Below are positions 1 through 9,449 of a stretch of 64,000 nucleotides of DNA, in pieces. The stretch covers positions 160,001-224,000 of the forward strand of contig CAWIXE010000003.1 of assembly GCA_963840035.1 (NCBI GenBank), in the 5' to 3' direction. A program made the translations under genes and the position numbers. This stretch comes from a candidate division FCPU426 bacterium (GTDB lineage Bacteria > Oederibacteriota > PGYV01 > Palsa-1178). Numbering within the stretch: the stretch's first letter is position 1; each line of letters starts with the position of its first letter. The notes beneath the pieces were generated by a model, which made no database searches, was not told the DNA's origin, and saw only the letters and a program-made list of their open reading frames with translations.

Positions 1-159
1 CATTATATTTGGAAGGCAGGTTTTTTGGACGGGGTACCGGGGTTCATTTATTATAATATTAACGCCATGTATATATTCATCAGGGAAGTAAAGATAATGG
101 AAGCGCTGGGTATGTCAAAAATTAATCTTTTAGGGACTATCTTAAAGAGGGCTAAATAA
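1..159 (+). CDS. 3' end of a family 2 glycosyltransferase (WaaE/KdtX-like), truncated by the window edge
   Basis: Frame 1 reads HYIWKAGFLDGVPGFIYY...KRAK* (TAA 157-159). GFLDGxxG is typical of the C-terminus of LPS GT2 enzymes. Confidence 0.65.
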   Translation, partial: HYIWKAGFLDGVPGFIYYNINAMYIFIREVKIMEALGMSKINLLGTILKRAK

Positions 160-173
160 TGTTGTATTGAATT

Positions 174-203
174 GGTAGCCGCAACCGTTAGGTTGCGGCT
201 ACC
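174..203. repeat. GTAG-type REP palindrome, probable bidirectional terminator between convergent genes
   Basis: Perfect hairpin ggtagccgcaacc-gtta-ggttgcggctacc. Related copies at 13835-13858 and about 62599-62620. Confidence 0.75.
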
Positions 204-242
204 AGGGTTCTATTTGTAATTGGTCATTAGTAATTAGTAATT

Positions 243-2066
243 CTATTTTAAAAGGCTCTTATAAACTTCCCCGGCAATAGGCGCGGCAATCGTCATTCCT
301 TTTCCCTCACCGTCGCACAATATGGCCATCGCGTACTCGGGCTTGTCTGCGGGCGCGAACGAAATGAACCAGGCGTTTAATGAGGTCTTGCCGCCTGAGG
401 TGCCTGTTTTTCCCGCTATTGAAATGCCCTTTACCTGGGCTTTTTTTCCTATGCCTTCCTCAACTGTCTTTACCATCAGCGCAGTCATTTTCAGGGCTGT
501 TGCCGGAGATATGCATCTCTTGGCCTCGGTCGGTACTGACTGGTATATAACCTTGCCGTTAATATTGCGGATCTCTTTTACTATGTACGGATTCATCATG
601 ACACCCGAATTCGCGATAGCCGCCGCAAGAAGTGAAGCGTGAAGCGGTGTGATGGTATATGTGGTCTTGTCAGGGAGGGAAAGTCCGCACGCGTGCATGG
701 CTGTTTCATAATCGTTCTTATCGTTTTCAGGCGCGATGGATTCTTTTACCGGTATGGATATGGGGACATTGCGTGTTTTGTCGGTAAAACCCAGGTCGAA
801 AATATGGCCGAAACCAAACTTCTGGTTGTATTCATTCAGCGTAGGCGAACCTATCGCAAAACCGATTTTAGCGCAACCGATGTTGCAGGATTCCTCAATG
901 GTCTGTTCAATTGATTTGACCCTGCCGTGTTTCTGCGAGCACCAGAAGGTCTGGCCGTTATATGTGGTGGAACCGTTGCACCTTAATGGAAATATTTCTT
1001 TCTCATTTATCCCGTGCTCGTACGCGGATCCGATGGTAATAACCTTGGCTATGGAACCGGGCTCGTAGAGCTTGTCTATGGCGCGGTTTAAAAGAGGCCT
1101 GTTCTCGTTATCCACAACTTTCCACCAGTCTTTTTCTATGGTGTTGGGCCTGTATGTCGGCTGGCTGTAGAGCCCGAGGATTTCCCCTGTGGACGGGCGT
1201 ATGACAACAATGGCTCCCTTATACCAACCCATGGCGCGGGAAATGGCTTCCTGTACGCGCGTGTCTATGGTCAGGTATATTTTATTTCCCGGGATGTATT
1301 CGCCAAGGTATTTTTCGAGGCCTTCGGAGCGCTGATGCCTTTCGCTTACAAAGCCTGTGATATGGGCGGTTTTTTGGTCCATCATGTAAGTGCGTTTTGT
1401 GTCGGACTTAATGAGATTATATCTCGCGAGCGGTTCGCCGTTTGCGTCAAAGAGGTAATACATGGCGCCCTTATTGCGGTCCTCTTCGGCAAGCGAGAGG
1501 TTCTTCCTGGCCTTGGTGAGTTTGGTGTTGTATGTAAGGGCCTTGTTATAATAGTTGATGGCGGAATCCAGGTTGCCCGCGGCGTGTTCGCAGCAGCCGA
1601 GCCCGTAAAGCGTCTCAGGGTCAGTGGGATTTAACTTTATTGACTGGCCGTATTCCACGGCTGCATTTTTATACAGCCCCAGGTCCAGGTACATGGAGGC
1701 GTATTTTTCGTGGTCTATGGGCCCCTTTTTCTTTAAACCCGCGGCAAGGGCGTCCACGTAGTATTTCTGAGCTTTTTCAAAGTCGTTCTGCCTGACAGCG
1801 ATCAGTCCAAGCCCGTCCAGGGCGTCCGCGCCGTTTGGCTTGATGTTCAAGGCTTTATTGAAGTCTGACATGGCATAAGGGATACGCCCCTTTTTAAAGT
1901 TGGAAATTCCGCTTGAAATGGCAAGGTAATAGCGCAGGTTTTCCCCTGAAAACTTAAAAACAGCCACAAGTATGGCTACAGCCGCGATGGATAAAAGAAT
2001 CCACTGCCACCTTTTTCTTTTATAATAGTGCTTTGAAGAAAGATGTCCGATAGGGTTGAGTCTCAT
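243..2066 (-). CDS. Class B penicillin-binding transpeptidase (PbpA-like) with N-terminal TM helix and TPR repeats
   Basis: SxxK (EPGSIAK), SxN (ESCN) and KTG (GKTGTS) motifs. TPR helices (KALNIKPNGADALDGLG, LNPTDPETLYGLG) follow the TM segment. Confidence 0.9.
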   Translation of the reverse strand: MRLNPIGHLSSKHYYKRKRWQWILLSIAAVAILVAVFKFSGENLRYYLAISSGISNFKKGRIPYAMSDFNKALNIKPNGADALDGLGLIAVRQNDFEKAQKYYVDALAAGLKKKGPIDHEKYASMYLDLGLYKNAAVEYGQSIKLNPTDPETLYGLGCCEHAAGNLDSAINYYNKALTYNTKLTKARKNLSLAEEDRNKGAMYYLFDANGEPLARYNLIKSDTKRTYMMDQKTAHITGFVSERHQRSEGLEKYLGEYIPGNKIYLTIDTRVQEAISRAMGWYKGAIVVIRPSTGEILGLYSQPTYRPNTIEKDWWKVVDNENRPLLNRAIDKLYEPGSIAKVITIGSAYEHGINEKEIFPLRCNGSTTYNGQTFWCSQKHGRVKSIEQTIEESCNIGCAKIGFAIGSPTLNEYNQKFGFGHIFDLGFTDKTRNVPISIPVKESIAPENDKNDYETAMHACGLSLPDKTTYTITPLHASLLAAAIANSGVMMNPYIVKEIRNINGKVIYQSVPTEAKRCISPATALKMTALMVKTVEEGIGKKAQVKGISIAGKTGTSGGKTSLNAWFISFAPADKPEYAMAILCDGEGKGMTIAAPIAGEVYKSLLK

Positions 2067-2197
2067 TATAATAATCCTCCTGAAAAATGCGTTATTTAAA
2101 ATCAGCGCTTATAATAACATAATATGGGGGAATTGTAAAACGTATTTGATTTTCAATTTTGAATTTTCGATTTTCAATTATTGGCGGGACCGCCTGT

Positions 2198-2286
2198 GTA
2201 GCGGGCGCATAATATGCGCCCGGTTTTTGGCTCTTGTATAGCGTAGTTCCTATCTGGTATTTGTAGGGGCGATTCACAAATCGCCC
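2198..2286 (+). repeat. REP doublet (GTAG-family), copy 1
   Basis: gtagcgggcgcataatatgcgccc followed by gtaggggcgattcacaaatcgccc. Degenerate direct copy at 4734-4822. Confidence 0.75.
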
Positions 2287-2334
2287 ATAGGGCGGCAAAG
2301 AAACTGTCTTTAATTGTGTAAATTCGGGACCGGA

Positions 2335-2465
2335 CTCCTCCCCTCTCCCTCTATGGGAGAGGGCTAGGGAGAGGGTGCCGTAGAGGCAATCCGGCTTTCG
2401 GTAGAGATATGTATTGCCGATACCTCACCCCCATCCCGTCCTTCCCCCTTCGAGGGGGAAGGGGG
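2335..2465. repeat. Inverted pair of C/G-rich REP-like palindromes (CCCTCTCCC...GGGAGAGGG type)
   Basis: ccctctccc-tctat-gggagaggg and ccttcccccttcgagggggaagg. Similar pair at 26788-27030. Confidence 0.6.
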
Positions 2466-2613
2466 TACTAATAAATGCCAACATATAGTTGATGTATTAA
2501 TCTATTGTTATAAATTTATACACAATTATAAACAATAACGGCGGCAAATGGCGGATTGAATGTCGCCTTTGAATAGTGTAAGATGTCCATATTAAGGAGG
2601 GTTAACAGGACAA

Positions 2614-3804
2614 ATGCGAAAATTGACCATATTACTTGCCATTTTATTTATTTTCACCGGATGTGTTGATCACGGACATCCAACTGAGCCTGACGTCAGG
2701 CTGAAAATACTGAAAACTGTCAGTTTGAAAGCTGAAGCGGATGTCGGCATGATGATAAACGACACAGACGGCGGTTATCTTATAGCCGGCAGCCTGCTGA
2801 ATTCGGCCGTTGATAAAGGTTTCATAGTAAAGACAGATGATAAAGGGAATAAAGTTTGGGTTAAATATTATCCTAACGCAATACAATATTTTAAAAAGAA
2901 CAATAGCGCGGGTTATCTGCTGGCTGAATACGGGGCAACGGGATGCAAAATATACATCACGGATGATAACGCGGATATTCAGCAAACCGTAGTTTACAGC
3001 GGCTATTTCTCACAGGATCCGGGTTTTTTTGCCGAAAAAACGGGGGATAATAATTTTGTCATCTCGGCGCTCAGAAAATTCGCCGATGGCGGCTATGACG
3101 GCCTTTATGAAATGTATATAGCAAAGGTCAACCCTTCCGGAAGCGTTATTTGGGAGTATAATCTTGTAACCTCAAATTCCATGGAATGTCAGGCAACCGC
3201 CCCGGCCAATGACGGCGGGTATTATGTTGCCGTTAATAACAAAACTTACGTTTCACCTATTACATATATGCCGGGGCCTGTAAATTTATTAAAAATAAGC
3301 GGCGCCGGCGCTGTTCTATGGACAAATAATTCCTTAACCGGCGCAGACGCCATGTTGACCGCGATGTGCCTTAAAGAAAACGTGGACGGCACTATAATAA
3401 CCGTCTGTCAGAGTTTCCTCTCAATAATAAATGTAAAAACCGACAGTTCAGGGAATGTTGTCGATACAAAACCGACCCCCCCGAGGGAGGTAAATTTTTG
3501 GGGAGTCCTGAACCAGGCAATAATCACGCAAAATAATGTAACGCTGATGGCCGCGACAAATTATCACAATTACTCCGGGGGACCTAATGAAGAAGAGGCT
3601 GTCGTGGGTTTTGTGGATGAAAATGTCGTTAACTTCTGGCAAAACATAACAGGCGGAAAAGGAATGGACGGCGCGAAATCTGTCGTTCTGAGCCTGGATG
3701 GATTGTATGTAGTATCCGCAGGCAACACTGCCTCGTTCTCCGCGACAGGCATGAGCGAGGTTTATATTTCAGAGATGGATACATCCGGCAGGTTCATATG
3801 GTGA
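2614..3804 (+). CDS. Hypothetical lipoprotein, probable beta-propeller
   Basis: Lipobox FTGC, repeated KxDxxGNxxW / DGGY motifs, RBS aaggagg upstream. Confidence 0.75.
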   Translation: MRKLTILLAILFIFTGCVDHGHPTEPDVRLKILKTVSLKAEADVGMMINDTDGGYLIAGSLLNSAVDKGFIVKTDDKGNKVWVKYYPNAIQYFKKNNSAGYLLAEYGATGCKIYITDDNADIQQTVVYSGYFSQDPGFFAEKTGDNNFVISALRKFADGGYDGLYEMYIAKVNPSGSVIWEYNLVTSNSMECQATAPANDGGYYVAVNNKTYVSPITYMPGPVNLLKISGAGAVLWTNNSLTGADAMLTAMCLKENVDGTIITVCQSFLSIINVKTDSSGNVVDTKPTPPREVNFWGVLNQAIITQNNVTLMAATNYHNYSGGPNEEEAVVGFVDENVVNFWQNITGGKGMDGAKSVVLSLDGLYVVSAGNTASFSATGMSEVYISEMDTSGRFIW

Positions 3805-4601
3805 AAAGGATAATAAGCATATTCATTTTTATTTTATTTATGCCGGGAATATACGCGATGAATTTTTTGGAAGCTGACGCGGGATACGGCGGCCTTTCCA
3901 TGAAAGATTATAACGCGAGTATGTCGGCTTATGACCGTTTTAATTCCGTATACGGATCCTCCGCGTCTATAAATCCGGTAAAGCAGGCGGGTATTTTTTC
4001 TCTGACGCTTTTTGAAGGCGGCGAAGCCGGGCCGGGCATGATGTTCTTTTACCTGCGCGGCAGCCATACGCCTTTCTCGGGAACAAGGAATGTGTTTTAT
4101 GACAGCGGAGGGCCGATGCTTTCCATGAAAGATGATTTTTTTGCGTTCTATTTCGCCCCGGGATTAAGGTATTACTTCGGAAAAAAAAGTAATGTGTTTA
4201 CAGCGATTCCGTTCATAGGCCTGGACATTGGTTATGTGTATTGCCCCACTGAAACAACAATAAAGGCGTTTTATTATGACGGGTCAGAGATGTGGACAAA
4301 CAAATATATGTCGGATTCCGCCCTTTTTGGGTGTACTTTTGAAGCGGGGTATGGCTTTAATATTAATGAAGAGTACGGCATAGAAATAAAGGCAGGCTAC
4401 AGACTGCAAAAAGGAGCCCTGGGCAAACTCAGATACAGCGGAACACTCCCGTACCCTGACAGCAGGGACGAAATAATCTTTTATGATGGTTATACGTATG
4501 ACATAGACGCAAGCGGCTTTTTTATATCCGCGGGAATCACGATATATAATCCTGAAATAAATACCGGCGAGGATAATAAAGCCGGCGATACTAAGCAATA
4601 A
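3798..4601 (+). CDS. Hypothetical outer-membrane beta-barrel protein
   Basis: Signal peptide, alternating amphipathic strands (PGLRYYF, PFIGLDIGY, IEIKAGYR, GFFISAGITI). Overlaps the stop of the upstream gene. Confidence 0.65.
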   Translation: MVKRIISIFIFILFMPGIYAMNFLEADAGYGGLSMKDYNASMSAYDRFNSVYGSSASINPVKQAGIFSLTLFEGGEAGPGMMFFYLRGSHTPFSGTRNVFYDSGGPMLSMKDDFFAFYFAPGLRYYFGKKSNVFTAIPFIGLDIGYVYCPTETTIKAFYYDGSEMWTNKYMSDSALFGCTFEAGYGFNINEEYGIEIKAGYRLQKGALGKLRYSGTLPYPDSRDEIIFYDGYTYDIDASGFFISAGITIYNPEINTGEDNKAGDTKQ

Positions 4602-4733
4602 CTTGAATACTACAGCCGGAAAGTCACTGTAGTAGTTGGTTTAAAGGCGTTAATTTTTGCATGGTGGCTTGTCTTGAGGGCCGGTACATGTGGATGCTGG
4701 GTTTTGACTCTGAATCGTGCAAATCCCGTCCTT

Positions 4734-4822
4734 GTAGCAGGCGCATATTATGCGCCCGGTTATATGCACTTGTGCAGCGTATTCCAGATCTGGCATTTGT
4801 AGGGGCGATTCACGAATCGCCC
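4734..4822 (+). repeat. REP doublet, copy 2
   Basis: gtagcaggcgcatattatgcgccc...gtaggggcgattcacgaatcgccc. Aligns end to end with 2198-2286. Confidence 0.75.
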
Positions 4823-5043
4823 GCCTTGGTCGGCATTGAATGAATTGTTCCAATATTTCTATTAGTTGTTCTCAAGGATGGGTCTGCGTGTGAGAGGGGG
4901 CAAGCCCCCTCTCTACAAAAACAATTATAATTAGACTTGATTTTATGCAGTTTAAAGGGCATAATTGAAAAAAATAGGGTGGGAGCAACAGGTACGTTTT
5001 AACAGCGTATAAACTGAACCGGCGCTAAGGGAGGGAAATAATC

Positions 5044-5373
5044 ATGAAAAAGAAAACAACTAAAGCGGAAAAACCAATACTGCTCGTAAGCAAGGCAAAG
5101 GAAGCCGCTTACTTTGAGAAAGTCATGAAAAATAAAGAGGCGCAGGAATCCTATGAGGAGGCTGAAGAACTCGGCCATTTTGTAGATCAGGTAAGGGACG
5201 CGATGAAAAGGGAACACCTGACTTATTATGCTGTCGCTAAAAGGGCGGGGATAAGGCATCAGGTGCTTGCCCACCTCTTAAATGAATCACAAAACGCGGA
5301 ATTAAGCACATTAAGGAAAGTGGCGCATGGGGTAGGGGCAAGGCTTCCTTTAAATCTGGTGTTTGATAAGTAG
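5044..5373 (+). CDS. XRE-family HTH protein (HigA-like antitoxin/regulator)
   Basis: VRDAMKREHLTYYAVAKRAGIRHQVLAHL...NAELSTLRKVAHGVG. RBS ggagg upstream. Confidence 0.75.
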   Translation: MKKKTTKAEKPILLVSKAKEAAYFEKVMKNKEAQESYEEAEELGHFVDQVRDAMKREHLTYYAVAKRAGIRHQVLAHLLNESQNAELSTLRKVAHGVGARLPLNLVFDK

Positions 5374-5663
5374 GGAACGCCATGACCGTTGTCAATGAAT
5401 ATTATACAATGACTTCATATTTACACAAACACTGCATTTCTACACAGAGTCAATATTTGCAGCCTTACTACAATTTTCAATTGGAAATAAAGGTTTCGGA
5501 AGGATAAAAATATGATAAAATTTGTCTATCAAGGGTCTAAAACATGTTAAGCAAAAAATGGGGCAAAATGTCCAAACAATCAAGAATTACTACACCGTCA
5601 TATGCAAAGCTGCGTGTAACCGTCTCTTCTACCTTGTACATGGATATTTTCATGTTGTTGGCT

Positions 5664-6014
5664 TTATTCTTCACGATTAAGATATATAATTTCACAATTT
5701 GATGCTTTTATTGAAATACGTGGTACACCACCTACCCAAGCTGAATTTTTATCATTTTTATGATTCCAAGTACCAATAATAATCCAAATATCATCCCTTA
5801 ACTCGATTTTATAAGGTTTATAGTCATTTAACTCCATTTCAGAATATTTATACGTGTTAATCCAAACTTGTTCTGCAAATGCAATTGCTTGTTCTTTGCT
5901 TAACGGTCCGCATTCCTTTTTTATTTTAATATTATTACAACATGAAAGCAAAAATAGCATTGCTATTAAAAAAACATATTTACTTTTTAACATCAATTTT
6001 ATTTGCTGGATCAT
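5664..6014 (-). CDS. NTF2-fold immunity protein (YbbC/YhhH-like), probable lipoprotein
   Basis: KEQAIAFAE...KPYKIELRDDIWIIIGT...GGVPRISI motif pattern and LLSC lipobox. Start reassigned to ATG 6014 (GGAGG at 6030-6026). AT-rich. Confidence 0.65.
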   Translation of the reverse strand: MIQQIKLMLKSKYVFLIAMLFLLSCCNNIKIKKECGPLSKEQAIAFAEQVWINTYKYSEMELNDYKPYKIELRDDIWIIIGTWNHKNDKNSAWVGGVPRISIKASNCEIIYLNREE

Positions 6015-6180
6015 CTTTATTATATCCTCCTGTATTAATTCAGCATTAATTGGACACAAACATACCTGAAATTGCTTAACATTACCCCTGAAATACTCTT
6101 TGGGAGGTAATATATCATGGTTTACCGTAGAAGGCAAGAACGCAAGAGAAATACCACCCGTTAGGCACACCGTAAGTGCG

Positions 6181-6468
6181 GGGTTCGCTTGCGTCACGAC
6201 AAACAAATACCACGGGCGCATAATATGCGCCCGCTACAAGGGCGTCTGTTTTTTGTAGCGGGCGGATATCATCCGCCCGATGAAGGCGGGGTTCGCTTGC
6301 GTCATGACAAACCAGGACCACGGGCGCATAATATGCGCCCGCTACAAGGGCGTCTGTTTTTTGTAGCGGGCGGATATCATCCGCCCGATGAAGGCGGGGT
6401 TCGTTTGCGGCATGACAAAACAAGACCACGGGCGCATAATATGCGCCCGCTACAAGGGCGTCTATTTT
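6181..6468. repeat. 108-bp tandem array of inverted REP pairs (BIME-like), about 2.7 units
   Basis: Units start at 6181, 6289 and 6397. Each has gggcgcataatatgcgcccgctac; the two full units also have gtagcgggcggatatcatccgccc. Confidence 0.9.
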
Positions 6469-6523
6469 TGTTGTGGATTTACAACAATAGAATCCAGAAT
6501 CAGGAATCGGCTATCCCTTCTTA

Positions 6524-6551
6524 TTGACTTTATCCGTATTATTGATATAAT
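6524..6551 (+). promoter_or_regulatory. Sigma70 promoter for the livJ-like/pilB region
   Basis: TTGACT-16 nt (with TG extension)-TATAAT. Confidence 0.65.
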
Positions 6552-6591
6552 AAGGAAGTACAAAAAGTTGAAGAGCTGAACCGGAGGAATA

Positions 6592-7701
6592 ATGGCAAAG
6601 TTTTACTTTGTTTTATTAGCCATTTTGTTGTCTGTAGTACCCAATGCAGCGGCAAAAGACACATATTATATCGGCTTTTTGGGAAACACGAATAACGCGA
6701 ATTCAAATGTCCTTTTTAACACACTTCAGCTTGCTTCCGACGATTTTAACTCCACCAATACCGCTTACACTGTAACCCCTGAATTTTTTAATGAAACAGA
6801 CCCTTCAGTTGCCGACTCCATAAAAAACAAAGGAAACCTGCTGGCCGTCATCGGAGTATTTAACGCTGACAATAAAAGCATCCTTGAAAATGTGCAGGAA
6901 GTGCCGCTTATTTCCGTGGCTTCGGAGTTTGACGGGCTTAATGAGGCAAAGAGGGCCAATGTTTTCAGGATAGCGGCCTCTGACAGGGATTTAGCGGCGG
7001 CTACAGCAAGGTTCCTCATATCGGTCTCCCAGAAAAATAGGTTTGCCATTGTTTATTCGCTGGAAAGCGACGAGTATAAAAATATGGGATATGCTTTTCA
7101 GGCAGCAGCGGAAAAGAACCGCGGCAGGGCTGACTATTTTAAGGAAGCCGACCCTGACAGGAAGGATTTTGAGGCAATATTACTCAGACTCCGCGATATA
7201 AAGGTAAAGAACATATATTTCGCCGGGCCGGCATGGCAGGCTGCGTTGCTTGCGAAGCAGTCAAGCGAGATGAACGTTGGAGCTGATTTTTCTTCCACGA
7301 ACCGTATATGCACCTCGGCATTCATAAAAACCTCAAAGGCCGGCGGGCAGGGGGCGGTTTTTGCAAGCATCGCGCCGTCGTCGCTTTACGGCGTAAAAAA
7401 GGCCCGGCCGTTCATGAAAAGATACCTCGCGAAATACCAGGGCGACGACATGCACATGCCCTATGTCATGGACGCGGCCGGCATGGTATTCTCGGCGCTG
7501 GCTGCTGAAAAGAAATCAAAGAGCGACCTTGTGGCTTATCTGCACTCACAGACATACGACGGCGTAACCGGCGGCATAAGTTTTAATGAAAAAGGCGACA
7601 GGCCTGGCGCGCCGGTTTATTTTTACATAATAAGAGGCAAGGAATTCCTCCAGAGGAATTTGCGCGGGGCTGAAGCCTCCGCGTACGCACGGATGAAATA
7701 A
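6592..7701 (+). CDS. Branched-chain amino acid ABC-type periplasmic binding protein (LivJ/LivK-like), no cognate permease nearby
   Basis: Signal peptide, NVFRIAASD, DFEAILLRL, YDGVTGGISFNEKGD. Confidence 0.8.
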   Translation: MAKFYFVLLAILLSVVPNAAAKDTYYIGFLGNTNNANSNVLFNTLQLASDDFNSTNTAYTVTPEFFNETDPSVADSIKNKGNLLAVIGVFNADNKSILENVQEVPLISVASEFDGLNEAKRANVFRIAASDRDLAAATARFLISVSQKNRFAIVYSLESDEYKNMGYAFQAAAEKNRGRADYFKEADPDRKDFEAILLRLRDIKVKNIYFAGPAWQAALLAKQSSEMNVGADFSSTNRICTSAFIKTSKAGGQGAVFASIAPSSLYGVKKARPFMKRYLAKYQGDDMHMPYVMDAAGMVFSALAAEKKSKSDLVAYLHSQTYDGVTGGISFNEKGDRPGAPVYFYIIRGKEFLQRNLRGAEASAYARMK

Positions 7702-7757
7702 TAATTACAAATTACTAATTACCAATTACAAATAAATGGAATAAGACGGGAGTTGTA

Positions 7758-9446
7758 ATGGCGAAACGGCTCGGAGACCTGCTGCTTGAGGAGAACTTAG
7801 TCACTCAGGAGCAGATACAAAAGGCCATAGAGGACCAGCAGAAGTCCGGGGAACCCCTCGGAAGAATTCTGGTCAGGATGAACATAATCACCGAAGAAGC
7901 CTTATATTATTTCCTTGCAATACAGTTCGGCACCGAATACGTTGACATCATGGGCAAGGATATCAAACCCGAAACAATAGGACTCATAAAGAAAGAACTC
8001 GCCGAAGAATTTAACATCATGCCTTTTGAAGAAACCGACAAACATATAATTTTTGTTACTTCCGAGCCTGACGACCATCTCGTCAATAAGATCCGTGACA
8101 GGGCGGCGCTGCCGGGCAAGGAAATAAAGTTTGTCATTACATCCGAATCAAACATGAAAACCGCGCTTGCGCAGTATTACGGCACATCAGAAAAAGCGGA
8201 AATGGATGACATATTTAAACAGGACAAGGATCAGGACTCGGATGAAGGCCCGGGTTCGGACGACAACAGCATAACCGAGGATTCCGCGCCGGTTATCAAG
8301 CTTGTAAACGCCATCATAAGCGAAGCGGTCAAGGTGAAAGCCTCGGATATTCACCTTAACCCGGTGCAAAAAGGCATAGTTGTCCGTTACAGGATGGACG
8401 GTATCCTGCAGAAACAGCCGCTTCCGCCGAAGCATTATAAAAACGCGATAGTTTCCAGGATTAAGGTCATGGCAAAGATGGACATCATGGAAAAACGCGC
8501 CGCGCAGGACGGGCGCATAAAGATAAAGGTGCAGAACAAGGTCATAGACCTCCGTGTATCTGTGCTGCCCACCATATATGGCGAGAATGTGGTTATGCGT
8601 ATTTTGGACCAGGGAAACCTCATGCTTGACCTGACCAAGCTCGGGTTTGAGCAAAAAGAGCTCGACCTTTACCTGGATACCATCACGCTGCCTTATGGAA
8701 TGATACTGCACACGGGACCGACCGGTTCCGGAAAAACAACAACGCTGTACTCCGCGCTGGCAAAGGTGACGGACGTAAAGAAAAATATAATAACGCTTGA
8801 AGACCCGGTCGAATACCAGCTGCCGGGCATAGTTCAGGTCCAGATGAACTCCGAAATAGGCCTTACATTCGCGGCCGCGCTGCGCTCATGCCTCAGGCAG
8901 GACCCGAACATCATGATGGTCGGTGAAATCCGCGACGCTGAGACCGCGGGCATTGCCGTCGAAGCGGCGCTCACAGGCCATCTGCTTTTTTCCACCCTTC
9001 ACACAAATGACTCGCCTTCCACCATTATGAGGCTCATTGACATGGGAGTCGACCCTGTTTACGTGGGTTCGGCCCTGAAATTATGCATCGCGCAGAGGCT
9101 CATGAGAAGGATATGCTTAAACTGCAAAAAACCATATGTCCCGACCGACGATGAACTGCACCGGATACTTGTTTCGCGCAAGGACATAGAGGGTAAAATG
9201 ATATCAAAAGGCGAAGGCTGCGCCAAATGCGGCAACACCGGTTACAAGGGCAGGATAGCCATATATGAGATAATGTCCATGACACAGAAATTGGCGGACC
9301 TCGTATTCGCCAAGGCGGATTTAAACGCCATAACGGCACAGGCGCAGGCGGACGGCATGAGGACGCTGCGCCAGATAGCGCTTGAAAAATGGAGAGACGG
9401 AATGACTTCGCTGGAAGAAGTAATAATGGCAACAACCGGAGAATAA
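7758..9446 (+). CDS. pilB: Type IV pilus/T2SS assembly ATPase (PilB/GspE) with MshEN domain, paralog 1
   Basis: RLGDLLL...Q MshEN motif, Walker [31 protein letters not shown], CxxC...CxxC. Confidence 0.92.
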   Translation: MAKRLGDLLLEENLVTQEQIQKAIEDQQKSGEPLGRILVRMNIITEEALYYFLAIQFGTEYVDIMGKDIKPETIGLIKKELAEEFNIMPFEETDKHIIFVTSEPDDHLVNKIRDRAALPGKEIKFVITSESNMKTALAQYYGTSEKAEMDDIFKQDKDQDSDEGPGSDDNSITEDSAPVIKLVNAIISEAVKVKASDIHLNPVQKGIVVRYRMDGILQKQPLPPKHYKNAIVSRIKVMAKMDIMEKRAAQDGRIKIKVQNKVIDLRVSVLPTIYGENVVMRILDQGNLMLDLTKLGFEQKELDLYLDTITLPYGMILHTGPTGSGKTTTLYSALAKVTDVKKNIITLEDPVEYQLPGIVQVQMNSEIGLTFAAALRSCLRQDPNIMMVGEIRDAETAGIAVEAALTGHLLFSTLHTNDSPSTIMRLIDMGVDPVYVGSALKLCIAQRLMRRICLNCKKPYVPTDDELHRILVSRKDIEGKMISKGEGCAKCGNTGYKGRIAIYEIMSMTQKLADLVFAKADLNAITAQAQADGMRTLRQIALEKWRDGMTSLEEVIMATTGE

Positions 9447-9449
9447 TGG

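Noticed and set aside
6181..6468. CRISPR array
   Set aside because: The segments between palindromes are near-identical rather than unique spacers, the period is 108 bp, and there are no cas genes.
6015..6579. ORFs 6115-6429(-), 6189-6527(+), 6388-6579(+) and the N-terminal extension of 5664-6221
   Set aside because: They are read-throughs of the 108-bp (multiple of 3) REP array and adjacent non-coding DNA, with no RBS or protein-like features.
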